From positions 1 through 53,737 of the forward strand of contig JAVZLS010000009.1 of the NCBI GenBank assembly GCA_038883715.1: a stretch of 53,737 nt of DNA. Reading direction: 5' to 3'. The DNA comes from Candidatus Bathyarchaeia archaeon (lineage in GTDB: Archaea > Thermoproteota > Bathyarchaeia > Bathyarchaeales > Bathycorpusculaceae). This document shows positions 36,283 through 46,591 of the stretch, piece by piece; the first letter of the stretch is position 1; each line of letters begins with the position of its first letter. The position numbers and the translations under genes were made by a program. The notes beneath the pieces are model-generated. The model saw nothing but the letters and a program-made list of their open reading frames with translations. It was not told the origin of the DNA and searched no databases.

Positions 36283-37147
36283 AGGCGTTTAAGCGCCTCC
36301 TAACCATTTCAGCCATCTCATCAGAGGACAATGGCACTTTTCCGCCTAGCTTTATCCCATCACTTTTCAGTATTTGGTAGAGGCGCGTCGCCTTTGGAAT
36401 TCCAACACCAATCAGGCGGGCTTCCTCAGAGCTTAGGATTTCATGGGGTTCCCCGTCCAAAACAACTTTGCCGTCATCCATTATTATGATGTGGTCTGCG
36501 TATTTTGCTGTCAAATCAAGCCTATGCTCAACAAGAACTATGGTTACTCCAAGCTTCCTATTAAGCTCATAAATAACCTCAAAAATCCTCTTGGCACCCA
36601 GCGGGTCAAGAAAGGAAGTTGGCTCGTCGAGGACTATGACTTCTGGCTGCATAGCTAAAACAGAGGCTATGGCAACCCGTTGCTGCTGTCCGCCAGAAAG
36701 CTCCGTTGGTGTACGTTCTCGCAGTTCGTATATTCCAGTAAGCCTAAGCGCCCAGTCCACTCTTTTGCGAATCTCTTCTCTTGGGATTCCAAGGTTTTCA
36801 AGTCCAAAGGCTACATCCTTCTCTACAGACAAGGCGAAAAGCTGGTTTTCCGGGTTTTGGAAGACCATGCCCACGTGAGTTGCCAACTCGTATATTTGAT
36901 GTTCCGGAACCTTTAACCCAGCGACAGTTATTTCGCCTTTCAATTCGCCTTGGTAAAAGTGAGGAATCAAACCGTTAAAGCATCTGCATAAGGTTGTTTT
37001 TCCGCAGCCGCTTGGTCCGGTTATAAGAACGAATTCGCCCTTCTCAATTTTTATGGAAACATCTCTAATTGATGGTTTTGTGGCGCCCGGATACGTGTAT
37101 GTTAGGTTTTTTGTCTCGATTATTGGCATGCTTGGTTTTTCCACCAC
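36275..37147 (-). CDS. ecfA: ECF transporter ATPase
   Basis: GPSGCGKT, FQNPENQ, LSGGQQQ, DEPT. Confidence 0.92.
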   Translation of the reverse strand: MVEKPSMPIIETKNLTYTYPGATKPSIRDVSIKIEKGEFVLITGPSGCGKTTLCRCFNGLIPHFYQGELKGEITVAGLKVPEHQIYELATHVGMVFQNPENQLFALSVEKDVAFGLENLGIPREEIRKRVDWALRLTGIYELRERTPTELSGGQQQRVAIASVLAMQPEVIVLDEPTSFLDPLGAKRIFEVIYELNRKLGVTIVLVEHRLDLTAKYADHIIIMDDGKVVLDGEPHEILSSEEARLIGVGIPKATRLYQILKSDGIKLGGKVPLSSDEMAEMVRRRLNAYD

Positions 37148-37170
37148 ATCCTAACCAAAAACTTTGCCAT

Positions 37171-38196
37171 TTAAGAGTAACTACTTAATTTTGAGTTTTC
37201 TGCTGTGTTGCCCACTATCTTTTCCTTCAAAAGCCTCAAACAACGCTTAAGCCCAGCTTCAAGTTCTCCAAAGCCGTTGACACCAGCTGCTGTCGCGTGC
37301 CCCCCACCCATGCCGTTGAGGTATTCGCCTAAAGGCTTGGCTATGTCCCTTCCAAGGTGGATTCCCGTCTTTTCATGAAATTCCTTGGTGCAGCGGAGGC
37401 TTATCTCCAGACTTTCATTTTTCTGTCCAGCAACAACCGCCACATGCGCTCCGAGGTCTATTATGGCACGGGCTGCCGAAGCTTGAAAGGCACTAACATG
37501 CGACAAGGCGATTATCCACTCGCCTATTTTGAAGAGCTTAGCCCTCTTACAAGCCTTAAGCCTCGCAACCCTTTCTGAAAAATCCATTGGCAAGGATAAA
37601 ATTGCCAGTGCCTCTTGGACGTTTACTCCAGCGTCTATCAGCTCTGCAATTGTTTTCAGTGTTGAGGAGTTTGCCAAAACAAAGTGGCGGGTGTCGAAGG
37701 CTATGCCCAAGAAAAGCGCTTTAGCTTCGTTCTCCTCGATTTTAGCGCCTGACTGCTTGTAAAAGCTGTAGATTATCTCGCATGTTGAGGAAACATTTTC
37801 ATCTGTAATGCAAAGTTTTGCCATCTTCTCTGTTTCTGGATGAGCCGCATGATGGTCAATGACAATTAAGGGCGCCTTTGAAGCCTTCACCTTCTCTGCA
37901 AGGTTGTCCAACTGCTGAATAGTGTTTGTATCCAAAAGAATTAGCAAATCTGCACTTTCAACTTTGGGCTGGGCTTCCACATTTATCGGCAAATATTTTA
38001 AAATGTGTTTTGAAAGGCGGCTTATCCCCTGCGCCGCTCCAATTTCAACACTGACTTGTGGTCTACACTTTTTAAACAGACTTGCCAGAGCAAAAGCCGA
38101 GCATATGGCATCCGGATCAGCATTATGATGGCACAACAAGATTATATGCTGGGCATTTGCCTCATCCAATACGCGGGTTACTTCTGCAAATGACAC
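37171..38196 (-). CDS. DHH/DHHA1 phosphoesterase (NrnA-like)
   Basis: HHNADPDA, LDT, IDHH, SSTCE, DT, GGGHATAAG. Confidence 0.9.
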   Translation of the reverse strand: MSFAEVTRVLDEANAQHIILLCHHNADPDAICSAFALASLFKKCRPQVSVEIGAAQGISRLSKHILKYLPINVEAQPKVESADLLILLDTNTIQQLDNLAEKVKASKAPLIVIDHHAAHPETEKMAKLCITDENVSSTCEIIYSFYKQSGAKIEENEAKALFLGIAFDTRHFVLANSSTLKTIAELIDAGVNVQEALAILSLPMDFSERVARLKACKRAKLFKIGEWIIALSHVSAFQASAARAIIDLGAHVAVVAGQKNESLEISLRCTKEFHEKTGIHLGRDIAKPLGEYLNGMGGGHATAAGVNGFGELEAGLKRCLRLLKEKIVGNTAENSKLSSYS

Positions 38197-38480
38197 TTAA
38201 GCTCCCTCAAGTATTTCTCAGCCGACTTGAACGCCTCTTTTACGGCTTCATCCGCAAGCCTTTGAACGTCATATTCCTGCATCAGCGGCGACAAGACTAT
38301 CTCAACATCAACAGTCAATGTTAAGGGTTTCTCACCGTCTGTTTCAACACTTATGTTTAATGTTTCAACTTGTTTTGGCGGAACTTTAGACAGCACATAC
38401 CCTCTTGCAGCCTCCTCGGCCTTTGAACAGAGTTCTTCAATCTGTTCTGGGGTTAACTCTGGCAAGCCTATATCTTCCAA
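38178..38480 (-). CDS. DUF3194-like archaeal protein
   Basis: 'AEEAARGYVLSKVP...LTVDVEI...LADEAVKEAF'; position immediately after pfdB is typical for this family. Confidence 0.65.
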   Translation of the reverse strand: MEDIGLPELTPEQIEELCSKAEEAARGYVLSKVPPKQVETLNISVETDGEKPLTLTVDVEIVLSPLMQEYDVQRLADEAVKEAFKSAEKYLRELKCHLQK

Positions 38481-38509
38481 GCTTCACCAAGCCTCTTAAT
38501 GCTCTTTGC

Positions 38510-38881
38510 CTATGGCTGTGTCCCCGAAACTGGAGCCAAATCTTGCTGAAGCTTTGCCTGCAATTCCTTCATTTGGCTCCGGAGACGTTCTTCCTGCTTA
38601 CCCAAAACTGAGGCTCGCATGTTAAGCAGTTCTTTGCGCTCATTTAGGTCGGCTGTCACCTTCACCTTGTCGGTCTTAACCAAAAGCGAGCCTATCGCCT
38701 TATAAATAACAGCCTCGTCTGCAACCTTTTGCAGCTCACTTAAAGCCTGCTCAATCTCTGTTAGCTCCAATTCCACCTGCTGCTTCTGAGCCAAAACAGA
38801 CTGCAACGTCTGCTGCAACTGCTGAAGCCTTAAGAGGCGCTCCTGAACCTGTGGAGGAAGTTTAGCCAACTCTTCGCTCAA
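38510..38881 (-). CDS. pfdB: Prefoldin beta subunit
   Basis: LPPQVQ, coiled coils flanking the IYKAIGSLLVK hairpin. Confidence 0.93.
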   Translation of the reverse strand: MSEELAKLPPQVQERLLRLQQLQQTLQSVLAQKQQVELELTEIEQALSELQKVADEAVIYKAIGSLLVKTDKVKVTADLNERKELLNMRASVLGKQEERLRSQMKELQAKLQQDLAPVSGTQP

Positions 38882-39070
38882 ATTTATCCTTCCATCTGCA
38901 CAGCTTTACATCAAACCAGTTAATTAAACATTTTCTAAAGCAAAACAGCTGCGAACATGAGGTAAAGCCTCTTTAAAAGGGAAAATCTAGAGGGGGGCTA
39001 TCAATTTTGCAGTTTGCCGTCAACAACAAAATTGACATAAGATAAAAGAAAAGTGGGCGAGGTTTTAAGT

Positions 39071-40786
39071 TTAGCCGTTGTAAGATATGTAAACATTGGA
39101 AGCGCCGGCGCTGATGTCGAGATAGTACGTTCCAGAACTAGATGAAGAGTAAACCCGCAAGGTGTAGGTGCCAGTCGCCGTTATGGTTGTAGCGATAATC
39201 TCTTGTCGCGTGGTCCCGGTGGATGAGGCGATAAGGCTTCCGGAAGGATTGTAGAGGTATATGTTAAAGTTAGGTCTTGTCGCGCTGCTCCACGACGGCA
39301 TTATTAATGTTATGGCAATCGGATAACTCGTCGTTGTCACTGTTATCTTCCAAAGATCATAGGCCCCCGTCCTGGCAAGTGTTTCAGTGAACGCGAAATG
39401 ATTTGGCACTGCTATGCCCGTCCCAATGTAGCCCCCAGCCGCTTTAACGGCCTCATAACCATCAAGTCTTCCCCAGCCATAATCTATGTCCTTTCCAGAA
39501 GGACCAAAATCTATGGATGTTGTTGAAATTATACTTTTAATCTGCGATGAAGTTAACGAGGGGTTAGCGTCCAGCATCAACGCAACAGTGCCTGCCACGA
39601 AAGGCGTTGCCATGCTTGTGCCGCTGTATTCAACATAGCCGTTTGTTGTTCCCGCTTTAGCGGCCATTATTAAATATCCTGGTGCACATACATCTGGCTT
39701 GATCCTGCCATCCGCTGTAGGCCCTCTACTTGACCAGGAATTTAAAAAGAAGCCTTTCTGTCCAACATCAGCAATGGAGCCTACTGTTATGACTTTTTCA
39801 GCTGCGCCCGGAGAGCCTATAGTGTAAGTTTTTGGTCCACTGTTTCCAGCCGCAACTACAACTACTAAACCTTGGTCAACAGCGTTATTGCAAGCAACTG
39901 AAACAGCGTCGGTGCCGTCAGAGCTGCCTGAAGTACCTAAGCTTAAGGACAAGATTTCTATTCCATACACGTCTTTGTTAGCTACAGCCCAGTTTATGCC
40001 ATCAGTCACCCCACTTAACGTTCCTGAACCTGCTGAGTCAAGCACTTTGACACCGACGAGCGCAGCCCCTGGCGCCACACCTTTATAGCTTGGATTTCCT
40101 TCACCTGTCCCAGCCGCTATTGATGCACAATGAGTCCCGTGTCCATTGTCATCGTAAGGTGTTGTTCGCCCATTTATAAAATCCTTCCATCCAATTATTT
40201 TCCCGCCGTCCAAGTCCACATGGTTTGGATCTATTCCGGTATCAATTATAGCTACGACAATATCATCTTTGGTGTAAGTTGCCGGTGAACCATCCCTATC
40301 TCCGTCCAAACCAAAATCCGCCCTGGCTTTTTGAATGCCATACCAATAAGTCGCCGTGTTCAAACATGCATAAACTGGCGCATCATGCTCTATTTGCACA
40401 ACGTCATCAATAAGCGAGAGAGCCCTAACCTGACCAGGCGTAAGCGAAGCCGCAATGCCCGGAACAATAGTCCATTGAGACTTTATTCTAAACGAGCCTA
40501 TTTTGCTTTGAAGATTCCTCAAAAATGGTTCTGAAGGCATCTTCTTAAATAAAACAATCACATCCACAAGACTGTCTTCCCTACAGCCAGCCATAACATG
40601 CTCCAAATCGTCGAAAATTTTGTTCCTGTTCGCATCCCTCAGAAAACTCGTCTTGACATCTGTTTTCAAGTAAGCATACGAGAGTGAAGCGATAAAAGCC
40701 ATGCAAAGCAGCGAAACCACAAACGCCACTAGAATGGTTTTCCTCTTAAACACAAAGGTCACCGGATACGGGTGTGAGATTTTCAT
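39071..40786 (-). CDS. Secreted S8 subtilisin-like serine protease with propeptide and C-terminal PPC domain
   Basis: IIDTG, NGHGTH, AAGNSG, SGTSMATP; N-terminal hydrophobic segment; 'NFNIYLYNPSG' PPC domain. Confidence 0.93.
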   Translation of the reverse strand: MKISHPYPVTFVFKRKTILVAFVVSLLCMAFIASLSYAYLKTDVKTSFLRDANRNKIFDDLEHVMAGCREDSLVDVIVLFKKMPSEPFLRNLQSKIGSFRIKSQWTIVPGIAASLTPGQVRALSLIDDVVQIEHDAPVYACLNTATYWYGIQKARADFGLDGDRDGSPATYTKDDIVVAIIDTGIDPNHVDLDGGKIIGWKDFINGRTTPYDDNGHGTHCASIAAGTGEGNPSYKGVAPGAALVGVKVLDSAGSGTLSGVTDGINWAVANKDVYGIEILSLSLGTSGSSDGTDAVSVACNNAVDQGLVVVVAAGNSGPKTYTIGSPGAAEKVITVGSIADVGQKGFFLNSWSSRGPTADGRIKPDVCAPGYLIMAAKAGTTNGYVEYSGTSMATPFVAGTVALMLDANPSLTSSQIKSIISTTSIDFGPSGKDIDYGWGRLDGYEAVKAAGGYIGTGIAVPNHFAFTETLARTGAYDLWKITVTTTSYPIAITLIMPSWSSATRPNFNIYLYNPSGSLIASSTGTTRQEIIATTITATGTYTLRVYSSSSSGTYYLDISAGASNVYISYNG

Positions 40787-41019
40787 TTTTAAATTTTTCT
40801 AAATCCCACAACTTTTGTGCAGACCCATGTGAACTGAAAAATATAGAGGGGGTAGCCAATTTAGGCTTTTACCACAACCTAAATTGTTAGAAAATCTAGA
40901 ATGGGTATCGTATTTGCCGCTTAATTTCCAACCACAAATATGACCACTCAAACGATTAAACAGTTAATTTTAAAGGCTTAAAGATAGAAGATTAACAACT
41001 ACACGCGAGGTGGAATGGT

Positions 41020-41439
41020 GTGGTTAAAGTTGACGGATATGAGGTTCCAGAAGGACTATACTACTCAAAGGATTTTGAATGGCTCAAAATTGAAGGCGAC
41101 AAAGTTCGCGTCGGCATAACAGACTACGCCCAAAAACAACTAAGAGAAATTGTTTACGCAGAGTTGCCAAGTCCAGGAACCACCACAAAACAGAACGAGC
41201 CATACGGCACTGTTGAATCTGTAAAAGCAGTTTCAGACCTTGTGGCGCCGGTAAGCGGAACAATAGAAGAGGTGAACACGGAAGTTCAGTCGAAACCAGA
41301 ACTTTTGAACGAAGACCCTTATGGGAAGGGCTGGCTTCTCGTCATAAAGCCCTCAAACCTACAAGCGGAACTAAAAAACCTGATGGACTTCAACGCGGCT
41401 GTTGAGTGGCATAAAAGCCTAATTAAAGAAGGGAAGTAG
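41020..41439 (+). CDS. gcvH: Glycine cleavage system H protein
   Basis: VGITDYAQ, lipoyl-Lys motif VESVKAVSD, NEDPYGKGW. Confidence 0.95.
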   Translation: MVKVDGYEVPEGLYYSKDFEWLKIEGDKVRVGITDYAQKQLREIVYAELPSPGTTTKQNEPYGTVESVKAVSDLVAPVSGTIEEVNTEVQSKPELLNEDPYGKGWLLVIKPSNLQAELKNLMDFNAAVEWHKSLIKEGK

Positions 41440-41442
41440 CCC

Positions 41443-42804
41443 TTGCCGAGACGCATAGTCATAATTGGGGCGCACGCCGCCGGTGTAGATGCAGCCTCAG
41501 CCGCCAGAAAGACAGACCGCACAGCCGAAATAACCCTAATAACTGATGAGAAGTATGCCGGATACTCCCGTTGCGGTTTACCCTTCGTCATAGGTGGACA
41601 CATACCAAGCTTCAGCAACCTCATAGTCTTCCCGCCGAGCTACTTCCAAATGATGAAACTAAACCTAAAAACAGAAACCAAAGTGACAAAAATAGACAAG
41701 GACAAAAAGACCGTACTAACAGTGGACAAGGCTGGAAACACCGAGGAAATCCCCTACGACAGCCTAATAATAGCCGCGGGAGCAAGCGCTTTCACACCAC
41801 CAATAAAGGGAAGAGAAAAACAGGGGATAATCCCCTTAAGAACTATTGAAGATGGACAGCGAATAGATCAAGCAATCCGTGAAGGCGCAAAAACAGCTGT
41901 TGTCATGGGTGCTGGACTCATAGGCTTAGAAACCGCAGTAGCCCTGCAGGAAAGGGGCTTAAAAGTGACGGTTGTGGAAATGCTTCCCCAAGTTTTGCCA
42001 GCCATGCTTGACGCAGACATAGCAAAAATGGTTCAAGAAATGCTGGAGCAAAAAGGCATACGGATTCTAACCAACAAGCCAGTTGAAGAATTTCTCGGAA
42101 CAGACAAAGTGACCGGCATAGTGGCTGGAGGAGAGCAAATAAACGCAGACCTCTTCGTCAGCGCCTTCGGCGTTAGGGCAAACACGCAGCTCGCCATAGA
42201 TGCAGGAATAGACCTAGGAGAAACGAAAGCCATTAAAACAAATGCTAGAATGGAAGTTAGCGTCAAGAACGTTTATGCCAAAGACATTTACGCTGTTGGC
42301 GACTGCGCAGAATCCACGCACATTGTGACGCAGAGACCAGCACTACAGCAACTTGGAACGGTGGCTGTAAGACAAGGAAAAGTGGCGGGGATAAACGCCG
42401 CTGGCGGCTATGCACTATTTACTGGTGTTTTGGGTTCCGCTGTAACCCAGCTTTATGACACACAGGTGGGCGTAACAGGCTTAACAGAGGCGGCAGCCCA
42501 AAGAGCAAGAATAGAAACCGTCACAGGAACAATTTCGTCCAAGACCAAGGCGGACTACTATCCGGGCGCCCTACCAATAAAAGTTAAGCTTGTTGTCGAA
42601 AAGGAGTCACAACGCATCATTGGAGCCCAAATCATAGGCGGGGAGGAGGTAACTCAACGCATAAACGCCGTTTCATTCGCCATACAAAAACAGATGACTG
42701 TGCGGGAGCTAGCCAAAGCCGACACAGCCTATGCGCCGCCCCTCTGCGAGACATGGGAGCCTCTTGTTTTGGCTGCTGAAATGGTTCTGATGAAACTCCG
42801 CTAA
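41443..42804 (+). CDS. FAD-dependent NAD(P)H oxidase / CoA-disulfide reductase family protein
   Basis: IIGAHAAG, single redox Cys YSRCGLP, GAGLIGLE, YAVGDC, YAPP. Confidence 0.85.
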   Translation: MPRRIVIIGAHAAGVDAASAARKTDRTAEITLITDEKYAGYSRCGLPFVIGGHIPSFSNLIVFPPSYFQMMKLNLKTETKVTKIDKDKKTVLTVDKAGNTEEIPYDSLIIAAGASAFTPPIKGREKQGIIPLRTIEDGQRIDQAIREGAKTAVVMGAGLIGLETAVALQERGLKVTVVEMLPQVLPAMLDADIAKMVQEMLEQKGIRILTNKPVEEFLGTDKVTGIVAGGEQINADLFVSAFGVRANTQLAIDAGIDLGETKAIKTNARMEVSVKNVYAKDIYAVGDCAESTHIVTQRPALQQLGTVAVRQGKVAGINAAGGYALFTGVLGSAVTQLYDTQVGVTGLTEAAAQRARIETVTGTISSKTKADYYPGALPIKVKLVVEKESQRIIGAQIIGGEEVTQRINAVSFAIQKQMTVRELAKADTAYAPPLCETWEPLVLAAEMVLMKLR

Positions 42805-42810
42805 AAACCA

Positions 42811-42832
42811 TTCCTTTCTTTTTATTTCCTTC
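42811..42832 (+). terminator. Archaeal T-rich terminator-like tract
   Basis: TTCCTTTCTTTTTATTTCCTT immediately after the oxidoreductase stop. Confidence 0.4.
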
Positions 42833-42895
42833 GGAAAATTAATTAAGAGAACCAGTTCCAAATAATACCGAAATTTAGCGTGAATGGTGATCTAA

Positions 42896-43909
<1,014 letters not shown>

Positions 43910-43979
43910 CAAGGCGAATATAAAACTTAAAAGCGAACAACCCCTCTATTTTTCTGTTCTAAAACGAAGAGGGACACAT

Positions 43980-45209
43980 ATGGCTAAATATTTAACCCTA
44001 GACGACGTTGACGTGAAAAACAAAGTTGTTCTCGTAAGAGTTGATTTCAACTCTCCAGTAGACCCAGAAACAAAGAAAGTTCTAGACGACACAAGGATTA
44101 GGGCGCATGGCGAAACCACCATAAAAGAGCTAGCCCAAAAAGGGGCAAAGGTCGTAGTAATCGCCCACCAAGGGAGAAAAGGCGACCCAGACTTCATACC
44201 ATTAAAAGAGCATGCTGAAATCCTAGGCAAAGTCTTGGGCAAACCGGTAAAATTTGTGGACGACGTCTTCGGAGAGAAAGCCCAAAAAGCGATTAAGGAG
44301 CTGAAAAGCGGCGAAATCCTAGTTCTGGACAACGTTAGAAACTTTGCCGGAGAAACAAAGGAGGGCACACCAGAAGAACACGCCAAAACAGAGCTTGTCA
44401 AGACGTTGGCGCCACTGGCAGACATATTCGTAAACGATGCCTTTGCGGCAGCCCACAGAGCCCACGTCTCAATGGTTGGCTTTACGGCTGTTCTGCCAAG
44501 CGTCGCCGGAAGAATAATGGAGAGGGAACTAAAATCCCTAAGCAGAGTGCTGGAAAACCCAGAAAAACCATGCGTATACGTGCTTGGCGGCGCTAAGGCA
44601 GACGACTCCCTTGAAATCTCAAAATACGTTTTGGACAACGGAATAGCAGACTACGTGTTAACCGGCGGTGTTGTCGGCCACGTTTTCCTAGTGGCAAAAG
44701 GATACGACCTAGGCAAGCCCAACATGAAATTCCTAGAAGAGAAAAAACTGATGGGCTTGGTTCCCGGGATAAAAGAGCTGATGAAAAAGTACCCAGACAA
44801 AATTAAGGTTCCAGCAGACGTGGCAGTAGAAGTGGAGAAAAAACGAAAGGAAATCCCCGTGGAAAAACTACCCACAGACTACCCAATATTCGACATCGGA
44901 GCAAAAACCGTTGAAAACTATGCAAAAATAATACGCAACGCCAAATCCATAGTGGTAAGCGGACCAATGGGAGTCTTCGAAAACAGCGAATTCATCTACG
45001 GAACAAGAAAAATCTTCGAAGAAATCGCAAGCTCGAAGGCCTTCTCTCTAGCCGGTGGAGGCCACACAATAGCAGCCCTACAAGAGCTAGGCCTATCCAA
45101 CAAAATATCCTATGTGAGCACAGCTGGCGGAGCCCTAATAGAGTTTCTAATGGGCAAGAAACTTCCAGGCGTAGTAGCCCTAGAAAAGGCAGCGGCTCGC
45201 AAGCCCTAG
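43980..45209 (+). CDS. pgk: Phosphoglycerate kinase
   Basis: RVDFNSP, HQGR, NDAFAAAHR, GGAK, GPMGVFE, STAGGA. Confidence 0.96.
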   Translation: MAKYLTLDDVDVKNKVVLVRVDFNSPVDPETKKVLDDTRIRAHGETTIKELAQKGAKVVVIAHQGRKGDPDFIPLKEHAEILGKVLGKPVKFVDDVFGEKAQKAIKELKSGEILVLDNVRNFAGETKEGTPEEHAKTELVKTLAPLADIFVNDAFAAAHRAHVSMVGFTAVLPSVAGRIMERELKSLSRVLENPEKPCVYVLGGAKADDSLEISKYVLDNGIADYVLTGGVVGHVFLVAKGYDLGKPNMKFLEEKKLMGLVPGIKELMKKYPDKIKVPADVAVEVEKKRKEIPVEKLPTDYPIFDIGAKTVENYAKIIRNAKSIVVSGPMGVFENSEFIYGTRKIFEEIASSKAFSLAGGGHTIAALQELGLSNKISYVSTAGGALIEFLMGKKLPGVVALEKAAARKP

Positions 45210-45231
45210 CTTTGAAAACGCCACTTTCCAT

Positions 45232-46530
45232 TTATTTTTGAGTTATCTTCTCCAGCAAGTCAACAACTCTTGCTTCTTCGTGTTCGGGCTTATGCTGAAG
45301 CATCTCATAGATCTGCAACGTTTGTTCAGCAGCCTTCCTCCAAGTGAAATACTGTAACACCCGTTTTCTGCCGTTTTCTCCCCACTTCTTAGCTCTTTCA
45401 GGGTCGCATAAAACCTCCTTTATCCCCCATGCTATGTCAGCTGGATTTCCACCATTCACATGAATCCCATTTTGGTCCGGACCGAAAGGTACAACCTGCT
45501 CTCTAAAGCCAACAACACCTTGGGCTCCAACAACAATCGGCTTTTCCATAGCCATGGCTTCCAGGCTCACTATGCCAAAGGGCTCATAGGTGGATGGGAA
45601 AACACAGACATCTGCCGCTGCATAATGTAGTATACGCTCTTTCTCCGGCACGAAGTCGAATCTGCAAATCAGCTTGTCGCTTATTCCAAGCCTAACAGCA
45701 GCCTCAACGATATCGTTTTGCTGTTCTCCCTTGCCCAAAATAACAAGCTTAGTTTTTGGATATTCCGCCAGAATCGTGGGCATGGCTTGAACAAGGTTTA
45801 TTACTCCTTTAACCCAAGTCAGCCTCCCAAGAAAAAGGATCATCTTTTCATCGGATTTAATGCCGTACCGGCTTCGAATTGCCTCAACTTCTTCTGGCTT
45901 ACACTTTTTAGGATTATAACGCTCAGGGTCAACACCGTTCCAAACAACACTAATTTTAGCTTTAGGCCAGCCGTGGCGGACTAAATCTTCCTGCATTGCG
46001 TGGCTAACAGTTATTATTCTGTCAGCCCTCTGCGTCATAGCTGACTCAAGATAGGAGACAACCTCCGAGCCTTGCCCTCCACTTCTTCCCCACTCCGTGC
46101 TGTGAACATGAAAAACAACCGGAACTTTTGTCTCATTTTTTATTATGATTCCAGCTATGCTGCTCAGCCAGTCGTGAACACAAACAACATCGTAAATGCA
46201 TCCTTCCTTTTTCAGCATGCTGTTAATGAATTTGGTGGCGCTCAAAACATTGTAAATGAAAATGTCATTGAACAAGCGTATGTTTGTACCCCACTTCTTC
46301 AAATCGTCTATAACAAACATCGGAAAAACATTGCTCGCATCCGCAATCAACGGCCTATGAACCTCAACACCCTTTATAATCTCCCTAGTCTTTAGGTTAC
46401 CAGGATTCAGCGTGAAAACCGTCACGTCGTTGCCCATAGCTACAAATTCACGGGTAATGTACTCAGCGTATGTACCCAAACCGCCCACAAGGGCCGGCGG
46501 ATACTCCCAGACAAAAAAGCCTATCCTCAA
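45232..46530 (-). CDS. GT4 glycosyltransferase (glycogen synthase-like)
   Basis: WEYPP..VGGLG, HDW, HSTE, GRL..VKG, EPFGIVSLEAM. Confidence 0.9.
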   Translation of the reverse strand: MRIGFFVWEYPPALVGGLGTYAEYITREFVAMGNDVTVFTLNPGNLKTREIIKGVEVHRPLIADASNVFPMFVIDDLKKWGTNIRLFNDIFIYNVLSATKFINSMLKKEGCIYDVVCVHDWLSSIAGIIIKNETKVPVVFHVHSTEWGRSGGQGSEVVSYLESAMTQRADRIITVSHAMQEDLVRHGWPKAKISVVWNGVDPERYNPKKCKPEEVEAIRSRYGIKSDEKMILFLGRLTWVKGVINLVQAMPTILAEYPKTKLVILGKGEQQNDIVEAAVRLGISDKLICRFDFVPEKERILHYAAADVCVFPSTYEPFGIVSLEAMAMEKPIVVGAQGVVGFREQVVPFGPDQNGIHVNGGNPADIAWGIKEVLCDPERAKKWGENGRKRVLQYFTWRKAAEQTLQIYEMLQHKPEHEEARVVDLLEKITQK

Positions 46531-46591
46531 CTAAAACCATCCAACAGCATTTAACCTACAACTTCCAAACGACAAAGAATAAGTGGCGGCT

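Noticed and set aside
43946-44638. 230-aa antisense ORF
   Set aside because: Lies opposite the well-conserved pgk; no motifs; a shadow of codon usage.
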